31,627 nucleotides of DNA, taken from the IMG/VR virus record IMGVR_UViG_3300012942_000102, positions 1 to 31,627 of that record; one strand, 5' to 3'. The notes under the pieces are model-generated. The model searched no databases, was not told the origin of the DNA, and saw only the letters and a list, made by a program, of their open reading frames with translations. The position numbers were made by a program, and so were the translations under genes. Source of the DNA: a virus. Taxonomy: Duplodnaviria; Caudoviricetes. Shown piece by piece: positions 27,657 through 31,627 of the stretch. Numbering within the stretch: position 1 is the first letter of the stretch; each line of letters starts with the position of its first letter.

Positions 27657-28379
27657 TCACCAGAACGTATAGTTCAAGCTCAACATCCACTCGCCCTTGA
27701 CGCCCGCTGGAATGTTGCCGTTGGTGAGCCGGCCGGCTGGCGCATAGAGATAGTTCGCACGCACCGAGAACGGCCCGCGCGCGACGGATACGCCAGCGAG
27801 TGCGCCCAGTTGGATGGCGGGCGAACGCGAGAGCGTTTCCTGCGTTCCTGCGGCCCCGAAACGGCCATCCGATAGTGCGGTCGCAACGGCGGTCCACGTC
27901 GAGCGATAGAGCGCCGGGCCGGCTTCAATACCGAACTGCCAGCCGGCCCCGAGATCCCAGTACGGCTCGATCGTCAGCGCGATCGCCTGAATGCCGCCCG
28001 TCGAGTCGAAGCGGCGAAACGTGCCGCAGTTTCCGTCGTTGCAGGTCTGCGTCTTGATGTTGTAGCCGCCGGTCGTGCCGGTCCCGTCGAAGTCGGCCGC
28101 ATCCTGCGGATTGACGGACGACCAGCGTACCTTGCCGAAGTTGTAGTAATCCAGGTGAAGGCGCAGACCCGGCACAAACGACCGCGGATGCGCGTCGATC
28201 GCGTTCAGCACGATCCCGACGCGACCGCCGTAACTGCCGTTCGGCGTGCTGTGGGAGAAGCCGCGAGAGTAGTACATGCCGTCGCCAAGCTTCGTGGCTG
28301 ACGTGATGCCAACGCCGGCTTCGATCTGAAAGAACGATTCGGCGCGCGCCTGTGTTGCTGCGGCGCAGCCGAGCGTCAT
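27657..28379 (-). CDS. outer-membrane beta-barrel protein
   Basis: A-x-A cleavage-like site (ARA/ESFF), alternating beta-strands, terminal WMLSLNYTFW beta-signal. Start ambiguous (28379 or 28718). Confidence 0.75.
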   Translation of the reverse strand: MTLGCAAATQARAESFFQIEAGVGITSATKLGDGMYYSRGFSHSTPNGSYGGRVGIVLNAIDAHPRSFVPGLRLHLDYYNFGKVRWSSVNPQDAADFDGTGTTGGYNIKTQTCNDGNCGTFRRFDSTGGIQAIALTIEPYWDLGAGWQFGIEAGPALYRSTWTAVATALSDGRFGAAGTQETLSRSPAIQLGALAGVSVARGPFSVRANYLYAPAGRLTNGNIPAGVKGEWMLSLNYTFW

Positions 28380-28381
28380 CG

Positions 28382-28672
28382 CTACGGCTGCGACTCTCCA
28401 TCGGCATCCAGGTCGATCTGCGCGCCGACCTTGCGCATCCGCGCGAGCACGCGCTCGACCGTGGCCGCATCCAGCTCGAGGCGCGCCATCGCGAAAAACA
28501 GCATGTGTGCGCCCATATCCCGCCGATTCTGCGGGTCGTTGGCTTGCGACGTGTACCGCCGCCATTGCCGGGCGCCCGCAAGCCCGAACAGTTCGGCCAT
28601 CTCGCCGCTGCTCTTTCTGAGTTCGATCTTTAGGGCCTCCAGCGCTTCGGGAGGCGGCGGCGTGTAGTGCAT
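28382..28672 (-). CDS. XRE-like helix-turn-helix regulator
   Basis: LEALKIEL.KSSGEMAELFGLAGARQWRRY HTH pattern; AGGGA RBS. Confidence 0.75.
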   Translation of the reverse strand: MHYTPPPPEALEALKIELRKSSGEMAELFGLAGARQWRRYTSQANDPQNRRDMGAHMLFFAMARLELDAATVERVLARMRKVGAQIDLDADGESQP

Positions 28673-28771
28673 GGGAATGTCCCTGCGCGTGAAAAAGCGC
28701 GCGAAGAAAGCGTTTCATGGTCGTTCCTTTCGGAGTATCGAACCGCGCGGATGCGCTGCTCAGCAACTCCT

Positions 28772-28800
28772 AGAATAGTACCCAAAGGGTACGCAGTCAA
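28772..28800 (-). promoter_or_regulatory. sigma70 promoter with palindromic operator
   Basis: Minus strand TTGACT-17 bp-TATTCT; the spacer holds the inverted repeat GTACCC-N3-GGGTAC (28778-28792). Confidence 0.75.
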
Positions 28801-28838
28801 GAAATTTGATGTGACGCCCAGAATGGGCAAGACAGATC

Positions 28839-28865
28839 AGCCGCCATCGGGCGGCTTTTTTATTT
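28839..28865 (+). terminator. intrinsic terminator
   Basis: AGCCGCC-ATCG-GGCGGCT followed by TTTTTATTT. Confidence 0.7.
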
Positions 28866-28875
28866 CGGGGATCGG

Positions 28876-29136
28876 ATGGACAGCACAGTCCTCTACATCG
28901 GCGGCGCAGTGACGACCGCAACTGCCACGGTTGTCTGGTGGGTTTTCCGCTCCATGCATGGGCGCATAAGTGGACTTGAGCGCGACCTTGCAGCCTACAA
29001 ACTCCACGTCGCCGAAAAGTACGCAACGACGACTGAGCTGAGCAAGGCAATTTCGGACCTGAACGAGTCGATCAAGATGTTATTCACGAAGATCGACGGT
29101 GTTCGGGATCTCCTGGACAAGAAGGCTGACCGATGA
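28876..29136 (+). CDS. putative holin/antiholin-like membrane protein
   Basis: One N-terminal hydrophobic segment plus a coiled coil; ATGA overlap with the endolysin. Confidence 0.6.
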   Translation: MDSTVLYIGGAVTTATATVVWWVFRSMHGRISGLERDLAAYKLHVAEKYATTTELSKAISDLNESIKMLFTKIDGVRDLLDKKADR

Positions 29137-29579
29137 CGCCCGATCAATTCATCTGCGCGATCACGCCGGCGGCGAAGACGTGCTGCTCGGAAACCTCGAT
29201 CCCGGCCAGCTTCACCATTGCGCAGGCCGCGCTTGAATCTGGCTGGGGCGCTCACACTCCCGGAAACAACTTGTTCGGTATCAAGGCGACGCCAGACTGG
29301 ACGGGTGCAGCGCGAAGGCTGGTCACGCGCGAAGTCGTGAACGGGAAGACGATCACGACGACTGCTGTGTTCCGCGCCTACCCGGACTGGCTGTCGAGCA
29401 TTCAGGATCACGCGAAGTTCCTGACCGATAACCCGCGCTACCGGCCAGCGTTCGCATACGCGTGCGGGATCAACTTCGCGAAGGCGGTGCAGGCTGCCGG
29501 CTATGCAACCGATCCTGCCTACGCGAACAAAATCATCTCGATCATCAAGGCCCACGGGCTGTCGTCTCTCGACGCATAG
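29133..29579 (+). CDS. endolysin, GH73 glucosaminidase/FlgJ-like
   Basis: AQAALESGWG, NNLFGIKA, FRAY and GYATDP.Y motifs. Confidence 0.92.
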   Translation: MTPDQFICAITPAAKTCCSETSIPASFTIAQAALESGWGAHTPGNNLFGIKATPDWTGAARRLVTREVVNGKTITTTAVFRAYPDWLSSIQDHAKFLTDNPRYRPAFAYACGINFAKAVQAAGYATDPAYANKIISIIKAHGLSSLDA

Positions 29580-29645
29580 CGCGCCCGATTATCCCGTAGT
29601 CGGCTATTCCCCGCTTATCCGTATCAGCGATATTCACCCCACCTC

Positions 29646-29666
29646 AAGCCGCCTCCGGGCGGCTTT
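29646..29666 (+). repeat. 21-bp hairpin identical to 23253-23273
   Basis: AAGCCGCCTCCGGGCGGCTTT occurs at both sites; the T-tract is short here. Confidence 0.7.
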
Positions 29667-29683
29667 CCCGTTGGAGCATCCGC

Positions 29684-29887
29684 ATGAAAGACCTTATCAA
29701 GCCCATGTCTGTCGGGCTGCTGTTTGTGTTTCTGGCCGTCTGCGATTTTCTCAAGATCGACGATCCGATGTTGCGTGACGCGGCATTTGGCATGATCGGC
29801 CTCATCACGGGCTGGCATGGCGTGCTGAGCCTGCCGGTTACCTTCGGCAAATCGACTTCGGCCGTACCGCAACCGCCGCAGTCGTGA
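29684..29887 (+). CDS. putative holin (two hydrophobic segments)
   Basis: GGAG RBS; 67 aa with two TM-like stretches, next to the endolysin. Confidence 0.55.
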   Translation: MKDLIKPMSVGLLFVFLAVCDFLKIDDPMLRDAAFGMIGLITGWHGVLSLPVTFGKSTSAVPQPPQS

Positions 29888-30090
29888 TCCGCGCAGCCCT
29901 GCTTTGCTTCACGTTGTGCAGCTGTACATCAGTTCAAGTCCTGCCCGTAGTCAATCTCAACACCATGACGGCCGATTGCTGCGCGGCTGTCTACGTTGAG
30001 CCAACTCCCACCTCTCGCTACTCGCTCACCGTCAAGCGTTCGGACCTGAGAGGCATCTCCATGTCTGTCCGTGCTCGCTGGAAGTTCTAA
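29884..30090 (+). CDS. small putative lipoprotein
   Basis: MIRAALLCFTLCSC lipobox-like start; GTGA overlap. Confidence 0.5.
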   Translation: MIRAALLCFTLCSCTSVQVLPVVNLNTMTADCCAAVYVEPTPTSRYSLTVKRSDLRGISMSVRARWKF

Positions 30091-30112
30091 CCCATCCCGA
30101 AGGTACTCACCC

Positions 30113-30580
30113 ATGAAGAAGCTGCTCATCGCGGCTGGCCTCGTCGCGTCCATCGCATTCGCCGGCTGCTCGACCACGGCCACGCAGCCGCATCTCATCA
30201 TCCCGCCGCAGCAACTGATTGCTGACTTCTGTCCTTCGGTGAATGCCCAGCTCAAGTTGCTCACGCAGCCGGCTGCCGCAGCGCTGCTGAACTCGACGCA
30301 ACAGGCACTCGTCGCCCAGATCCTGACTGTCAATACGGCAGTGTGTTCGGCAAACGGCGAGATTGATGCATCCGATCTGCAAACGCTGAATGCGACGCTG
30401 TTCCCGGCGCTCATCACGCTCGTCGCATCGGTCCCGGCCATCCCGAACCAGCCGGCGATCCTGATCGGCCTCATGGCAGCGCAGCCGGTTTTGTCGCAGG
30501 TGCTGACGCTCATTGCCCAGCAGCAGGCGGGGGCCACTCCTGCCGCCGCGGCGCCGGCTGCTGCTTCCGCGGTGCAGTGA
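30113..30580 (+). CDS. lipoprotein, spanin candidate
   Basis: MKKLLIAAGLVASIAFAG-C lipobox; hydrophobic C-terminal helices. Confidence 0.7.
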   Translation: MKKLLIAAGLVASIAFAGCSTTATQPHLIIPPQQLIADFCPSVNAQLKLLTQPAAAALLNSTQQALVAQILTVNTAVCSANGEIDASDLQTLNATLFPALITLVASVPAIPNQPAILIGLMAAQPVLSQVLTLIAQQQAGATPAAAAPAAASAVQ

Positions 30581-30951
30581 TGAAGCTCGAAGAACTTCAT
30601 CGCACTGATGGCGCGCGCACGATGATGTTCGAGTGCCCCGGCTGCGACATGATGCATCAGGTCAATGTCGGCGGCTCGGCGCATCCCGTATGGCAATGGA
30701 ATGGCAGCACGGAGCGGCCCACATTCACGCCGTCGATCCTCGTTACCTATGACCACATGAGCGAGGCGGGGCGCGCACGATCCAAGGCTTTCCACGAGGA
30801 GCACGGTCGCTACCCGACACACGAGGAAAACCCGTACGACGTGCACGACGTCTGCCATTCGTTCGTAACGGATGGGCGTATCCAGTTCCTCGGCGATTGC
30901 ACTCACAAACTTGCCGGCCGCACGGTCGATCTTCCGGAGATCGAGTCATGA
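30577..30951 (+). CDS. DUF6527-like protein
   Basis: FECPGC...H..W.WNGS...PTFTPS and CHSFVTDGRIQFL.DCTH.LAG motifs. Confidence 0.75.
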   Translation: MMKLEELHRTDGARTMMFECPGCDMMHQVNVGGSAHPVWQWNGSTERPTFTPSILVTYDHMSEAGRARSKAFHEEHGRYPTHEENPYDVHDVCHSFVTDGRIQFLGDCTHKLAGRTVDLPEIES

Positions 30952-31627
30952 TGGACTGGCAAGCACTCGCAGCGGCCTGCCGACGTGCGAACGCTTCGTA
31001 CATCGAGAAGGACGTCGACTGCCAGGCCGCGTTCGAGAAACTTGGCGATACGTGGATCGGTCAGTACGCCGACGCCTCTCATCAGGCGTGTCTGTCCGTC
31101 GACTCGCACGGCCAAACGTGGCTCTCGATCAGTGGAACGCGTGCGAGCAATCTGCAGTTGGGAGACGTTCTGCGCGACGTTGCGCTAGAGCCAGTCAAGG
31201 TCAACGATGGGACGGTCACGCAAGGCGCTGCCGAAGGCATGGATCGAGTGTTTGCGTGGGCTGCTTCGACGGCACCGGCCGCTTCGGTGTTTCAGCTTAC
31301 TGGCCATTCGCTCGGCGCGGTCTCCGTTCAAACGGCTCCTGCGTTCATGCCGGCTGAACGGATCGGCGCGCTGTACAGCTTCGGCGCGCCCAAGTTCATC
31401 GCGAACGACTTTTTCGCGTCACATGCTGCGGTGTTCAAGCGGTTAATCGCCGCGGTCGACGGGGCCGATGGCTGGTCGTCCTGGCCGTGGTTCGACCATC
31501 GCTGGCAGTATCGCGCGCCGGTGCCGACTGTCTGGCTCAAGGACAACGGTGCTTTCCAGATTATTCCGGATGGCAATCAGTGGCCGGGCGGGTGGGACTT
31601 TGGCGATCACGATATCGACGAGTACCA
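30948..31627 (+). CDS. class 3 lipase (alpha/beta hydrolase), truncated by the window end; not in the ORF track
   Basis: Own translation from ATG 30948 is open to the end: ISGTR oxyanion region, TGHSLG nucleophile elbow, YSFGAPK, DHDIDEY. Confidence 0.88.
   Translation, partial: MMDWQALAAACRRANASYIEKDVDCQAAFEKLGDTWIGQYADASHQACLSVDSHGQTWLSISGTRASNLQLGDVLRDVALEPVKVNDGTVTQGAAEGMDRVFAWAASTAPAASVFQLTGHSLGAVSVQTAPAFMPAERIGALYSFGAPKFIANDFFASHAAVFKRLIAAVDGADGWSSWPWFDHRWQYRAPVPTVWLKDNGAFQIIPDGNQWPGGWDFGDHDIDEY

Noticed and set aside
1-31627. CRISPR array, rRNA or IS transposase
   Set aside because: No regularly spaced repeats or corresponding motifs noticed on reading.

Overview
The whole window is the late region of a GC-rich, probably temperate, contractile-tailed (myovirus-type) phage or prophage. 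A Burkholderiaceae-like host is my inference from composition and gene types. Gene order on the + strand: nin-like/late-control genes (DUF1364-like, Q-like antiterminator, pR'/tR'-like promoter-terminator), a metallophosphoesterase, a degenerate tRNA-Tyr, terminase small and large subunits, portal, head morphogenesis protein, an enlarged protease/scaffold polyprotein, decoration protein, major capsid, neck genes, sheath, an inserted HNH endonuclease, tube, a frameshifting tail chaperone, tape measure with a GH73 domain, baseplate and tail fibre. A minus-strand moron cassette follows (HTH regulator, beta-barrel outer-membrane protein, FkbM-type methyltransferase). The window ends in an extended lysis region: holin-like genes, GH73 endolysin, two lipoproteins, a DUF6527-like protein and a class-3 lipase running off the end. 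The most notable observations are: (i) two sequence-divergent copies of one three-way-junction RNA whose loop is complementary to the downstream ribosome-binding site; (ii) a head protease polyprotein carrying nuclease-like and Nudix cargo domains, with recurring A/G-M-D motifs across the head proteins; (iii) the surface-modification moron with an overlapping-frame arrangement; (iv) the lipase/lipoprotein-containing lysis cassette. All family assignments come from motif recognition and synteny, not from database searches.
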